Assembly: GCA_022451865.1 (NCBI GenBank)
Contig: JAKUNM010000002.1
Span: 24,748 to 88,747, forward strand
Length of the DNA: 64,000 nt
From: Dehalococcoidia bacterium
GTDB lineage: Bacteria > Chloroflexota > Dehalococcoidia > UBA2979
Direction of reading: 5' to 3'
Shown here: positions 29,522-39,883 of the stretch, in pieces
Numbering within the stretch: position 1 is the stretch's first letter
How the letters are laid out: each line of letters begins with the position of its first letter
Translations under genes and position numbers: made by a program
The notes under the pieces: generated by a model
Told to the model about the DNA's origin: nothing
The model's input: only the letters and a program-made list of their open reading frames with translations
Database searches by the model: none

Positions 29522-30376
29522 CTATGATTGTGCATAGCCTGAACCGAGACTATCTGGTTTAACACCTCTACCTCGCGGATTTCTAATCCAGTTAAATTCT
29601 GACAAAATTTGCTGGCTATAAGTTACTCTTCCGTTAACTTTTGTTGGATTTTCACTTGCTAATAGAAGTGCAGCTTTTGCCATAAAATTAGGGTGTTCTC
29701 CTTTGGGATCGTCCATACCCTCAACTAACTTATGGAATACTGTTCCTGGCGTTGGTACTACTTGTGAAGGTGACAGGGCAGTAATTGCTATTTCGTACGA
29801 AGACACTTCTTGTGCAAGTCCTTGAGTGAAACGTTCCAAAGCTGCTTTTGATGCGCCATACATAGTTCCTCCACGAACATTCTGATCTTCATAGGGTCCT
29901 CTGCCAGGACCAATTGCTGCACCAGATGAAATATTAACTATTGCTCCTTGATTTCTTTCCATCATGTCAGGCAATACAAGTTTTGAAAGAATAAAAGGAC
30001 CGTGTACATTTACTGCAAATGATCTTACCCAACGACTCGTAGGATAATCCACTATAGGAATATAATAATTTAATGCAGCATTATTCACGAGAATATCGAC
30101 AGGGCCAAATATATCATTAGCTGAGTCAATAAGGTGCACACACTCATCCTCTTCAGAAACATTTGCTTGTACCATAGCGGCTTTACCGCCATTTTTTTTA
30201 ATGTTCTCTACTGTGCGATTGAGAGAGCCTTCAAGCATTTTATGATCGCCTTCTGCAATTGTTCTTGCAGCGCATATGACGGCTGCTCCTTCTGCTGCAA
30301 ACAATTCAGCTATCGCTTGACCAATACCACGGCTTGCACCTGTGACTACCGCAGTTTTCCCATCTAGCTTGCCCAT
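29522..30376 (-). CDS. Short-chain dehydrogenase/reductase (SDR)
   Basis: TGASRGIGQAIA, NNAA, and the catalytic YGASKAAL. Confidence 0.85.
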   Translation of the reverse strand: MGKLDGKTAVVTGASRGIGQAIAELFAAEGAAVICAARTIAEGDHKMLEGSLNRTVENIKKNGGKAAMVQANVSEEDECVHLIDSANDIFGPVDILVNNAALNYYIPIVDYPTSRWVRSFAVNVHGPFILSKLVLPDMMERNQGAIVNISSGAAIGPGRGPYEDQNVRGGTMYGASKAALERFTQGLAQEVSSYEIAITALSPSQVVPTPGTVFHKLVEGMDDPKGEHPNFMAKAALLLASENPTKVNGRVTYSQQILSEFNWIRNPRGRGVKPDSLGSGYAQS

Positions 30377-30440
30377 GTGTATCTCACTTTACTCAATTTG
30401 ACTCATTGATTACTTTGTTTCAAGAATAGTCTCATCTGTC

Positions 30441-31217
30441 TTAGTTTTCTTCAAATAATTTAAATCGAACTCCACACACGATCACAGAATCCAAAGTTGT
30501 TTTGCAACCTCTTAAAATTGCTGTTGAAAGTATTTTCTGAAGATTATTTACTTGTAAGCCGATTGAAACTATACCTTCTGTGTCATTGTTTGGATTCTTA
30601 ATGAAATGAAGAGTTGAATTATCAAGATTAATTGAAGATATTTCATCTGTATTTTTATTAATAGGCCGATCTAATGTTTCGCTCCATTTAGAAGCGAGTT
30701 GGAATGGATTTTTTGACTGAATAGTAACTGAATTAATTTGATCAGTTGGTCCCGAATTTTGAAATGAAGTCCAATTATGCCCTGCGGGTGCCCATGGTCC
30801 ATTAACATCCTGATTTCCTTTATTTGATCGAAATTCTGCTATAGCTCCAGGAAGATCTTTAGGGTGTATCTGAATTCCCTCTGTCTCAGAGGTTTTATTA
30901 TCTAATATTAGTCGATGGCCTAATGAAAGTATTCTATCTTTAGTATTTTTAACATCATCACATTGCATTATGATCATATATCCACTATCTCCACCTTTTT
31001 TTTGGAGATAGCGTCCCGCTGAAGTATTTTCCTGGAAAGGTGCTACAACTTCGAGGAAATTTGTGCCTATTGGCATTAAGAAGTTATGTAATCCAAATTT
31101 CTCAACACCTGGATCACGATGACATACTTCTAATCCAAAGATACTTTTAAGATCTCTTTCAGTTTGGTTTAGGTTATTGGTTACTAAACATAGCTGTCTT
31201 AATCGGAGCATAATCAC
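30441..31217 (-). CDS. Glyoxalase-like (VOC superfamily) domain protein
   Basis: The N-terminal LRQLCLVTNNLNQTERDLKSIFGLEV...FLEVVAP resembles the glyoxalase-like domain. The rest is unassigned. Confidence 0.5.
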   Translation of the reverse strand: MIMLRLRQLCLVTNNLNQTERDLKSIFGLEVCHRDPGVEKFGLHNFLMPIGTNFLEVVAPFQENTSAGRYLQKKGGDSGYMIIMQCDDVKNTKDRILSLGHRLILDNKTSETEGIQIHPKDLPGAIAEFRSNKGNQDVNGPWAPAGHNWTSFQNSGPTDQINSVTIQSKNPFQLASKWSETLDRPINKNTDEISSINLDNSTLHFIKNPNNDTEGIVSIGLQVNNLQKILSTAILRGCKTTLDSVIVCGVRFKLFEEN

Positions 31218-31751
31218 CTAAAATGAAGGAGCCTCTCTGCCTAATGAGCCGATAGCAGCAGCTGCATAACCAAGGTGCTTACTTGAATGCGTGACTACTT
31301 TTCCCATGACAAATAGCCTCGTTTGATTCCCCCATGGAAATACATGTTGTTCTACTTGCAAATACTCCTCAGTCATTTTCTCTATTCTTGGAATGACAGC
31401 GGTTAGTACATCTCTTCCATATTGTGCTAATTGCTCTCCAGGAGGAAATTGTAGGGCATAAGCTTCTGCTGGTGTCATTTCTGTCCCTTGATCGACCCTC
31501 GGTAAGTTCCACTTTTCCCAAAGGTCTTGCTGAATCCATACTGGTGCGTCACGTTCGAATAAAAAATGTATTAGGTTGTCTACTGTTCTAAAAATATGCC
31601 ATGCATCCCAAGCAATTGAGTTTGAAGTTGCATGAAGTCGAAAATGCATTTCTTCTGGAGTGAGTTTCTCTATGGAGTCTGCTACTTGATTTAGTGCCTC
31701 ATTTGTAAAGTGAATGTGATAATCATTAATTGAGTGAATTGAAAAATCCAT
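31218..31751 (-). CDS. DinB-family (four-helix-bundle, metal-binding) protein
   Basis: 177 aa with spaced His residues (WDAWHIF ... THSSKHLGY), as in DinB_2 proteins. It abuts the downstream VOC gene with no gap. Confidence 0.55.
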   Translation of the reverse strand: MDFSIHSINDYHIHFTNEALNQVADSIEKLTPEEMHFRLHATSNSIAWDAWHIFRTVDNLIHFLFERDAPVWIQQDLWEKWNLPRVDQGTEMTPAEAYALQFPPGEQLAQYGRDVLTAVIPRIEKMTEEYLQVEQHVFPWGNQTRLFVMGKVVTHSSKHLGYAAAAIGSLGREAPSF

Positions 31752-31867
31752 TTTGAATCTCCTTGTTAGTGCTTTCTGATAATCTACTTTGTGTATATAT
31801 ATTTAGAAAGTAGATTCAAAAGATATTATTTCTGATTCTTTTGTAGCATTTAATGTGGTGATGTTCT

Positions 31868-33355
31868 ATGGATAAGATCGAATATAGTTCTGCATGTGAA
31901 TTACTTGATGCTCTTCAACGCCGCGTAATCAGTTCTCGAGAACTGCTGGAATATTATTTTTCGCGTATCGAAAAATATGATGTAAATTCCATCAATTCGA
32001 TAGTATATCTTGATATTCAACGTGCTATTCAACAAGCTGAAGCAGCTGATGCCGCAAGAATGAAAGGTGAGAATTGGGGCAAGTTACATGGCCTTCCTAT
32101 GACAGTCAAAGAATTAATTGAGGTTAAAAATTTCCCTTGGATAGAGGGTGATAGTAGGAATGTTGGTCGAATCGGTGAAGTAAATTCACCGACTGTTGAA
32201 GCATTGATACAGGAAGGTGCAATAGTATTTGGGTTATCAAATAGTCCACAGTATGGACGTGACGTTCAAACGTATAACGATGTGTACGGTATAACTTCTA
32301 ATCCATGGGATTTAACGAAAACACCTGGAGGTTCTTCTGGTGGTTCCGCAGCAGCATTAGCTGCAGACCTGACTAGCTTAGAGTTGGGTAGCGATATCGG
32401 AGGTTCTATACGAACACCTGCTCACTATTGTGGTGTATATGGCCATAAGCCTACATTAGGAATTATTCCAAAAATGAAACCTCTACCTTCCCCACAGATA
32501 CAAGATGATTTATCTGTCGTCGGCCCTCTATCGCGAAGTGCTAAGGATTTGGATCTGGCTTTATCAGTAATGGCTGGTCCTGAATACCATCATTCTAGTG
32601 CATGGCAATTGAATCTACCCAAACCTCGCCATACCTCATTATCTGATTATCGTGTTGCTGCTTGGCTGGATGACCCATTATTTCCCGTAGATGAGACTGT
32701 TTCTAAAAGATTGAAAATGACTGTAGAAATTTTACTTAGTAATGGTATTGCTGTTGATGAAATGGCCAGACCAGCAATAGGAAATTTTGAAGAAGTTTAT
32801 CGTATATATTTCTCATTACTGATGTCTGGGACAGGATTGGAGATGCCTCACAAATATTTACTGGATCTTGGAATTAAAGAAGATGCACTTGGTCTCGAGC
32901 AATTAGATATTGGGGCAAATCGTTTTCGAAGTGCTGCAGTGCGACATCGTGATTGGCTAATTTTAAATCAGCGCCGTCATCAAATTCGAGCAGAATGGAG
33001 TAATTTCTTCAACAAATTTGACATAATGTTGATGCCGGTGACATCTATCACTGCGCCAGAACATAATCCAATTAGTGTTACTCAGAATGATGCATTACCG
33101 ATTAAGGATGCGAGGAAAATTTTAGTTAATGGTGAAAAGAGATCATATTGGGATCAGTTGGGGTGGATTAGTATGGCAACCATGGCACATTTACCAGCTA
33201 CTGTTGCACCCATAGGATGTTCTGAGAATGGTCTGCCGGTTGGCATTCAAATAGTAGGGCCTTATCTCGGTGATAGAACTACAATTGATTTTGCTCAAAG
33301 TTTATCAGAATTGATAGGTGGTTTTGTCCCACCAGTGCCACTGGTTAATAAGTAA
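31868..33355 (+). CDS. Amidase-signature family amidase
   Basis: The AS motif GGSSGGSAAALAADL...GSDIGGSIRTPA is present. Confidence 0.85.
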   Translation: MDKIEYSSACELLDALQRRVISSRELLEYYFSRIEKYDVNSINSIVYLDIQRAIQQAEAADAARMKGENWGKLHGLPMTVKELIEVKNFPWIEGDSRNVGRIGEVNSPTVEALIQEGAIVFGLSNSPQYGRDVQTYNDVYGITSNPWDLTKTPGGSSGGSAAALAADLTSLELGSDIGGSIRTPAHYCGVYGHKPTLGIIPKMKPLPSPQIQDDLSVVGPLSRSAKDLDLALSVMAGPEYHHSSAWQLNLPKPRHTSLSDYRVAAWLDDPLFPVDETVSKRLKMTVEILLSNGIAVDEMARPAIGNFEEVYRIYFSLLMSGTGLEMPHKYLLDLGIKEDALGLEQLDIGANRFRSAAVRHRDWLILNQRRHQIRAEWSNFFNKFDIMLMPVTSITAPEHNPISVTQNDALPIKDARKILVNGEKRSYWDQLGWISMATMAHLPATVAPIGCSENGLPVGIQIVGPYLGDRTTIDFAQSLSELIGGFVPPVPLVNK

Positions 33356-33369
33356 TAGGATGGTCAAAA

Positions 33370-33780
33370 ATGGTAAATGAAGGCAGTTACGATATCGAGA
33401 GAATTATTTCAGATGGTTTGCGTCCTGTTCGAGCTCTTTATTGGTCAGCTATTCAACAAATTGCTCATCAATTGGTACAAGAATTTCCAGGCGATGTACT
33501 AAAATCACTTGCTGCATCGGATCGTTTGGATGAATTAGTACGTGAGTCTGACTGGTTCTATATGCCATTACAAGCCTGGGTTACACACCTTGTGACAGAT
33601 AATGCAGGAGCCTATTGGAGCTATATTGATAAACATAAAACAGAAATTAAAGGCATTGGTCGGAAAAGTAATACCATGACGGATGTAGTGCAAATAGGTG
33701 CCTTTTATGCAATGTGTGCCGATGTAGAACAGTCATTACAAACAGCTACCAAAACAACGTGGACATCAGATCTCTTATAA
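33370..33780 (+). CDS. Hypothetical protein
   Basis: 136-aa ORF starting 14 nt after the amidase on the same strand. I recognise no motif. Confidence 0.4.
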   Translation: MVNEGSYDIERIISDGLRPVRALYWSAIQQIAHQLVQEFPGDVLKSLAASDRLDELVRESDWFYMPLQAWVTHLVTDNAGAYWSYIDKHKTEIKGIGRKSNTMTDVVQIGAFYAMCADVEQSLQTATKTTWTSDLL

Positions 33781-33863
33781 TAATTTAATAATCTTGACTT
33801 TCTTACTCAACAAAATAGTGTATATTTATATACCGACTCTATAAGATTTGTTAGGAGAGTACC

Positions 33864-34526
33864 ATGGCTTTACGAATAAATGATGAGGCACCTGACTTTG
33901 TAGCTGATACGACTGAAGGCTCAATTTCTTTTCATGAATGGATTGGTGATGGATGGGCATTATTATTTTCCCACCCAAAAGATTTCACCCCCGTATGTAC
34001 AACTGAATTAGGTGCTGTTGCTGCCTTAGAGCCAGAATTTTCTGTACGAAATTGTAAAATAGTCGGTGTTAGCGTAGATGGAGTAACAGATCACGAAGCA
34101 TGGTCAAAGGATATCGAATCTTCTCAAGGTCATGCAGTAAATTATCCTCTTATTGGCGATCCGAACCTAGATATTGTTAAGCTATACGATATGCTCCCTG
34201 CTGATGCTGGTGATACATCTGCTGGAAGAACTGCAGTAGATAATGCCACTGCACGCTCTGTATTTATTGTGGGACCTGACAAAAAAATTAAAGCTACTTT
34301 GACTTATCCTATGAGCACAGGTCGTAATTTCGCAGAGATTCTAAGATTACTTGACTCATTACAACTTACTGCAAAAGAACAGGTTGCTACACCTGCTAAT
34401 TGGCAAAAAGGGGATGATGTAATTATTCTTCCATCAGTTTCAGATGAAGATGCAAAAACAAAATACACTGAGGGCTGGGAATCTCCATTACCGTATATTC
34501 GAGTGGTCAAGCAACCAGGAGAATAG
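33864..34526 (+). CDS. 1-Cys peroxiredoxin (Prx6 type)
   Basis: The motifs SHPKDFTPVCTTELG and WSKDI are present, and the 220-aa length fits. AGGAGAG lies upstream of the ATG. Confidence 0.9.
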   Translation: MALRINDEAPDFVADTTEGSISFHEWIGDGWALLFSHPKDFTPVCTTELGAVAALEPEFSVRNCKIVGVSVDGVTDHEAWSKDIESSQGHAVNYPLIGDPNLDIVKLYDMLPADAGDTSAGRTAVDNATARSVFIVGPDKKIKATLTYPMSTGRNFAEILRLLDSLQLTAKEQVATPANWQKGDDVIILPSVSDEDAKTKYTEGWESPLPYIRVVKQPGE

Positions 34527-34531
34527 AAGTA

Positions 34532-35401
34532 ATGCAATTAGGTGTTGTTTTTCCTCAGACAGAAATTGGTTCTGATCCTGATCATATTCGTGCCTATGCA
34601 TTGGCTGTTGAAGATGCAGGATATGATCATCTATTAGCATATGATCATGTTTTAGGAGCAAATAGAGATCGTGTTGGTGGTTTTAATGGGGTGTATGATC
34701 ACGAATCAATGTTTCATGAACCTTTCGTATTGTTTGGTTATTTAGCGGCGATTACAAATCGCTTAGAACTTGTAACTGGCATTATTATTCTTCCACAGCG
34801 GCAAACGGCATTAGTTGCTAAACAAGCTGCGGCAATCGATGTATTGTCAAGAGGTCGATTGCGATTGGGGATAGGAGTAGGTTGGAATGCTGTTGAATAT
34901 GAAGCATTAGGACAAGATTTTCATAGTCGAGGCCGTCGGATTGAAGAGCAAATTACCTTACTTAGACGTCTTTGGACAGAACCCCTGTTTTCTTTTAAGG
35001 GTGAATTTGATCAAATCGATGATGCTGGACTTAACCCTTTACCTGAAAAATTAATTCCTATTTGGTTTGGTGGGATGTCACCTGTTGTGCTTGATCGTTT
35101 AGGACGTCTGGCGGATGGATGGTTTCCTCAATATCGATTACCTTCTGAGTTAGCAAATGGGCTTGAACAAATTTTTGAGTCGGCAGTAAATGCAGGCAGA
35201 GATCCTCAATCTATTGGTGTGGAAGCTCGAATAAGTATTGCTGGCCGCGATCTAGATGAATCAGTTACAGAAGCTCATCAATGGATTGAGAATGGAGTTT
35301 CACATTTATCCGTTAATACTATGGGTGGTAATTTATCGAATGTGGAAGAGCATATTTTGCTAATACAGAGATTTAAAGAAACGTTTGATAAATCTTTATA
35401 A
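34532..35401 (+). CDS. LLM-class (luciferase-like) F420/flavin-dependent oxidoreductase
   Basis: MQLGVVFPQTE...GYDHLLAYDHVLGA...GRLRLGIGVGW is typical of the TIM-barrel LLM family. Confidence 0.8.
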   Translation: MQLGVVFPQTEIGSDPDHIRAYALAVEDAGYDHLLAYDHVLGANRDRVGGFNGVYDHESMFHEPFVLFGYLAAITNRLELVTGIIILPQRQTALVAKQAAAIDVLSRGRLRLGIGVGWNAVEYEALGQDFHSRGRRIEEQITLLRRLWTEPLFSFKGEFDQIDDAGLNPLPEKLIPIWFGGMSPVVLDRLGRLADGWFPQYRLPSELANGLEQIFESAVNAGRDPQSIGVEARISIAGRDLDESVTEAHQWIENGVSHLSVNTMGGNLSNVEEHILLIQRFKETFDKSL

Positions 35402-35441
35402 AAATTTTTCCTACCTTTATACAATTTTTAAGATGTTAAAA

Positions 35442-36077
35442 TTATTTCCGTATTGTATTCAATGTGGGTGACGTTGAATATCTAGACATAAATTGGATCA
35501 TTGGCCCGATACCAAATGCAAACCATATTGTTCCCATTCCTATATTTCCGCCTAGGAAAATTCCTGCAATTAGTACGGTTCCTTCAATGCCTGTACGTAC
35601 AATACCAATAGGGAAACCGCGTTTTGCAATTCCTGTCATGAGTCCATCTCTTGGCCCTGGACCAAGTTCTGTACTAATGTAAATAACTGAACCTAATGCA
35701 ACCAATATAGGGCCAATTGCCATCATTATAAATCGCCAAACTATCCAACTTGGTTCAGGGAAAAAATAGACTCCTAAATCGATTGTTATCCCAATTACGA
35801 TTGCATTTAAGACTGTACCGATTCCAGGTTTTTCTTTTAGAGGAATCCAGAAAAGCATTACAAGTGCGCTTACAATAATGGCGACAACTCCAACGCTACT
35901 GAGATCTATTTCCAAATTAAATATAGTCGTCGAATAACTAAATTGATCGGCGAGTCCTTGATGTAATACTTCCCAGGGGCCCAGTCCTAATTGTGCCTGT
36001 AACATTACTGCGAGACCAATCCCGAAGAATATTAGTCCAATATTAACCTGTATAAGTTTGATGACGAATGTGAGCAT
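35442..36077 (-). CDS. Polytopic membrane protein (YczE-like)
   Basis: 211 aa with 5-6 helices. The motif GLGPWEVLHQGL resembles YczE-family proteins. Confidence 0.5.
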   Translation of the reverse strand: MLTFVIKLIQVNIGLIFFGIGLAVMLQAQLGLGPWEVLHQGLADQFSYSTTIFNLEIDLSSVGVVAIIVSALVMLFWIPLKEKPGIGTVLNAIVIGITIDLGVYFFPEPSWIVWRFIMMAIGPILVALGSVIYISTELGPGPRDGLMTGIAKRGFPIGIVRTGIEGTVLIAGIFLGGNIGMGTIWFAFGIGPMIQFMSRYSTSPTLNTIRK

Positions 36078-36127
36078 TGAGCTATTCTACGCAAGATTTT
36101 GATAAGAATTCGAAAATAATAAAAAAA

Positions 36128-36201
36128 TGGCTGGGGACCAGGGATTCGAACCCCGACTTACGGATCCAGAATCCGCTGTCCTACCATTAGACGAGTCCCC
36201 A
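36128..36201 (-). tRNA. tRNA-Gln (CTG)
   Basis: The reverse complement is TGGGGACTCGTCTAATGGTAGGACAGCGGATTCTGGATCCGT...GGTTCGAATCCCTGGTCCCCAGCCA. Confidence 0.9.
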
Positions 36202-36217
36202 TAATGGATGTTCTATT

Positions 36218-37711
36218 CTAGCTGGCAGGAGTATTTCTAAGCGAGTTAGCGGCTTGACGAATTCTATCGATACAGAGTTCTTGTCCAATAATTTCCATAC
36301 TTTCGAAAAGTGGAGGTGAAATACGAGTTCCAGTGACAGCTATACGTGTAAGAGAAAAAAAGTCTCCAGCACGAATTTCTAGTTTCTCAGCCGTATTACG
36401 CATTACCTGTTGAATGTTATCAGCATTCCAATCTGGCAAAGGTTCTAATATATTCGAAGTAGAATCTAATGCATTTGCAGCATCAGCTGAACGATCTTTC
36501 CATTTTTTTGTTAAAAATTCTGCTGCTGCTGGAGTGGGAACATCACTTGTAAAAAAGAATCCGACTAAAGAAGCTAATTCTGATAGTAGTTTTATTCGTT
36601 CTCTAACTAATGGTGTTAGTTCCTTAACTAGAGCCCAGTCGATAGGTCGAGGAATTTCTGCAGGCAGATCACGTTCAAGGCGACGAACAAAAATGTCGAC
36701 AAGGTCATTCTCCTCCATTTCTCGGAGATAAAGACCATTCATCCATTCTAATTTTGTCTGATCAAATCCTGAAGGATTTTTACTCAAGTCTTTTAGATCG
36801 AATACTTCTATGAGACGTTCACGAGAAAAAATTTCTGTATGGTCATCTAACGCCCAGCCTGTGATAGCAAGGAAATTAACAAGCGCATCTGAAAGATATC
36901 CTTCTTCAGCGTATTCTAAGACAAATTTTGCTCCATGGCGTTTAGATAATTTTCCACCGTCTGGTCCTAAGATTACAGGCGCATGTACCCATGTAGGAAT
37001 TTTGTATCCTAAAGCATTAAATAATTGAACATGTCTCGGAGTAGAGGGTATCCATTCCTCTCCACGTGTAACGTGTGATATTTCCATAGCTGTATCGTCG
37101 ACAACATGTGCTAAATGGTAAGTAGGAAAACCATCTGATTTGAGGATGACAAAATCATCAAGTTCTTTATTTTCGAATGTAATTTCACCACGGAGTAAGT
37201 CTGTGAAAGTGGTAGAACCTTCTTGTGGCATCGCAAATCTTATTACATATGGTTCGCCGGATTCTGCACGTTTTTCAGCATCATTTTTTGGATAGTCACG
37301 ATAGCGGCCATCGTATTTTGGAGGAAGTTTTGCAGCTTGTTGTGATTCTCTCATTTCACGTAATTCATCTGGTGTTGCAAAACATCTATATGCGAATCCG
37401 TTTTCAATAAGTTTTTCTGCTGCTTCTTTATATAGATCCTTACGCTCAGACTGAAAGTATGGTCCGTAAGGGCCACCAATATCAGGTCCTTCATCCCATG
37501 TTATGCCTAGCCACTGTAAAGAATTTTGGATGCGGTCAACTGCTCCTTCTACATATCGTGTTTGATCAGTATCTTCAATTCGAAGTATAAATTTGCCATT
37601 CATTTTTTTTGCGTATAGCCATGTCCATAATGCTTGTCGTATTACACCTACGTGTGGATCACCTGTAGGGCTTGGTGCAAAGCGAACTCTAACGTTTTGT
37701 ATGTCTTGCAT
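36218..37711 (-). CDS. gltX: Glutamyl-tRNA synthetase
   Basis: RFAPSPTGDPHVG (HIGH region) and KLSKRHG (KMSKS region) are present. 497 aa. Confidence 0.95.
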   Translation of the reverse strand: MQDIQNVRVRFAPSPTGDPHVGVIRQALWTWLYAKKMNGKFILRIEDTDQTRYVEGAVDRIQNSLQWLGITWDEGPDIGGPYGPYFQSERKDLYKEAAEKLIENGFAYRCFATPDELREMRESQQAAKLPPKYDGRYRDYPKNDAEKRAESGEPYVIRFAMPQEGSTTFTDLLRGEITFENKELDDFVILKSDGFPTYHLAHVVDDTAMEISHVTRGEEWIPSTPRHVQLFNALGYKIPTWVHAPVILGPDGGKLSKRHGAKFVLEYAEEGYLSDALVNFLAITGWALDDHTEIFSRERLIEVFDLKDLSKNPSGFDQTKLEWMNGLYLREMEENDLVDIFVRRLERDLPAEIPRPIDWALVKELTPLVRERIKLLSELASLVGFFFTSDVPTPAAAEFLTKKWKDRSADAANALDSTSNILEPLPDWNADNIQQVMRNTAEKLEIRAGDFFSLTRIAVTGTRISPPLFESMEIIGQELCIDRIRQAANSLRNTPAS

Positions 37712-37720
37712 TACACTTCC

Positions 37721-38653
37721 TTAAAATTTTAGTATTGGTTTTGTTGCATGGATTTTTCGATAATTTTCAATAAGTTTAATTAGGTCAACAGGGATTTGTG
37801 CCAAAAATTCTCTCCATTCACCATTAGAAGGTAAGGAGAATCCTAAGCGATATGCATGTAGTGCTTGTCGTGAAATATCAATTGAATCTGTTCCATATAA
37901 TGTATCTCCAATGATCGGATTACCTATTGCAGCCATATGCACTCGAATTTGATGAGTACGTCCAGTGTAAATTTGAACTTCGACCAGTGTTGCTTGATCA
38001 CCATATTCTTCTAGAATGTTATATTCGCTCTTTGCCAGGCGTCCATTTTCAATTACGGCTTGTCTACGAGGGTCGTGAGGGTCTGGACCTAAATCTGTTT
38101 CTATTTTTGCTTGGCGATGTTCTAATTTACCAGCAATTACTGCGAGATAACTTTTGAAAGTCGTTCTTTTTCTCCATTGCTCTTGGAGTAGATAGTGGGA
38201 AGCAGCTGATTTTGCAAATGCAATTACTCCACTCGTATCCCGATCTAATCGATGTACTATGCCTCCTTGATCAGAATTACCGAGTGAACTGATTTCAGGA
38301 TATTGTGCACGTACAATATTGATTAAGGTTGCTCCTTCAGATTCTTTATTGGGGTGAACTAGAATTCCTGCAGGTTTATTAAGTACTAATATTTCTTCAT
38401 CTTCATAAATTATATCCAAAAGTATATTTTTCGAAATTAAGTTGGATGTTGGCGATCTAAGCTCAGTGACAGAAATTTTAGTGCCTGCAGGAATTTGTGA
38501 ACTGGCTTTAGTATTAATTTTACCTTCAATTCTAACTCCACCGTTATCAATAATACGTTGAACTTGAGATCGAGATAATTCAGGCATACTTAAAACAATT
38601 GCTTTATCAAGCCTATTGCTTTGTTGAATTATGATATCTCTGCACTCAGTCAT
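37721..38653 (-). CDS. rluD: 23S rRNA pseudouridine synthase, RluA/RluD family with S4 domain
   Basis: An N-terminal S4-like segment, the catalytic HRLDRDTSG, and GRTHQIRVH. Confidence 0.85.
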   Translation of the reverse strand: MTECRDIIIQQSNRLDKAIVLSMPELSRSQVQRIIDNGGVRIEGKINTKASSQIPAGTKISVTELRSPTSNLISKNILLDIIYEDEEILVLNKPAGILVHPNKESEGATLINIVRAQYPEISSLGNSDQGGIVHRLDRDTSGVIAFAKSAASHYLLQEQWRKRTTFKSYLAVIAGKLEHRQAKIETDLGPDPHDPRRQAVIENGRLAKSEYNILEEYGDQATLVEVQIYTGRTHQIRVHMAAIGNPIIGDTLYGTDSIDISRQALHAYRLGFSLPSNGEWREFLAQIPVDLIKLIENYRKIHATKPILKF

Positions 38654-39160
38654 TTAATGCCCTTTTATAATTTCTTTATTATTTCTATCAACAATAGCAA
38701 ACAATAGAATCAATCCAGTACCGATCACTATTGAAGAATCCGCAATGTTAAATGCAGGGTAATAGATGGGGTCTATAAAATCTGTCACAGATCCTCTGAT
38801 TAATCTGTCTAGAAAATTTCCTATTGCTCCTCCCAAAATGAGGGATAAGCCTAAATTTTGCCAATGAGAAGTAAAGCCTATTTTTAACATGAAATAAAGA
38901 AGCCCGAGTAATGTAAAAAATGTGATAATAGTAAGTAAATTGGTAAATCCTTGGAAAATACCAAATGCTGCACCAGTGTTTTCGACGTGTGAAATAAAAA
39001 GAAGGTTGAAGTTTTCAGGCCACTTATCGCCTTCTTTAATAAAATTTCGGACTAAAATTTTCGTAGTTTGATCTATGAATACGACTATCAGACTAATCAA
39101 AAATTTATGTTTAAAATTCTTTTGATTGCTAAGATTTTCTAATAATTTTTTTTTCAACAT
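38654..39160 (-). CDS. lspA: Lipoprotein signal peptidase (signal peptidase II)
   Basis: Four TM helices with NTGAAFG and FNIADS motifs. It abuts rluD with no gap. Confidence 0.9.
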   Translation of the reverse strand: MLKKKLLENLSNQKNFKHKFLISLIVVFIDQTTKILVRNFIKEGDKWPENFNLLFISHVENTGAAFGIFQGFTNLLTIITFFTLLGLLYFMLKIGFTSHWQNLGLSLILGGAIGNFLDRLIRGSVTDFIDPIYYPAFNIADSSIVIGTGLILLFAIVDRNNKEIIKGH

Positions 39161-39270
39161 CGTAATATCAATGATTGTGCACTATGGTAAGCTCGTTATG
39201 GATGTACATAACGAACTGCTGATATATTTTATGTTATAGACATATTTTATTATACGGGAGGTTATATTAC

Positions 39271-39882
39271 GTGACATTTGGATTATTCGGTAATGCCACG
39301 AACAATAATGAGTTACTCCCTGATGGTCGGCCTCGTCTACCCCCAGGTCAAAGGTTGGTTGAAAATTGGCCAATACTTCATTACGGTTCTATACCTCGTA
39401 TTGATCTTGCTACTTGGCAATTTCAAATTGGTGGGTTAGTACCGCAAGAACTCTCTTTTTCCTGGGATGATTTTATGTCTTTACCTCAAGTTGATGTTCG
39501 TACTGATATTCATTGCGTTACCACTTGGAGTAAATATGATAACGATTGGGTAGGAGTACAATTTTCTGAAATTCTTAAAATTGCTGATCCATTACCCGAA
39601 GCAAAGTATGTTATTTTTCATTCCTATGGTGGATATACAACTAATCTAGCGATTTCTGAATTAGATCGCCCAGATGTATTACTAGTTCATACACATAATG
39701 GCGAACCATTAACACCAGAGCATGGTGCACCCTTACGAGGGATGGTGCCACATCTGTATTTTTGGAAAAGTGCAAAGTGGGTTAGTGGTATAGAATTTGT
39801 TGCCCAAGACCGACCAGGGTTTTGGGAGTTGTATGGTTACCATATGCATGGCGATCCATGGATCGAAGAAAGATATGGCTAG
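39271..39882 (+). CDS. Small sulfite-oxidase-fold molybdopterin oxidoreductase
   Basis: LPPGQ...W...LxIxG, the Mo-ligand Cys in DIHCVTTWS, and GAPLRGMVPHLYFWKSAKW. The start codon is GTG. Confidence 0.75.
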   Translation: MTFGLFGNATNNNELLPDGRPRLPPGQRLVENWPILHYGSIPRIDLATWQFQIGGLVPQELSFSWDDFMSLPQVDVRTDIHCVTTWSKYDNDWVGVQFSEILKIADPLPEAKYVIFHSYGGYTTNLAISELDRPDVLLVHTHNGEPLTPEHGAPLRGMVPHLYFWKSAKWVSGIEFVAQDRPGFWELYGYHMHGDPWIEERYG

Positions 39883-39883
39883 T

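Noticed and set aside
31868-33355. Amidase-signature protein as GatA of the GatCAB amidotransferase
   Set aside because: No gatB or gatC is adjacent. The gene sits among catabolic-type genes (DinB, VOC, SDR, peroxiredoxin). A generic amidase call is safer.
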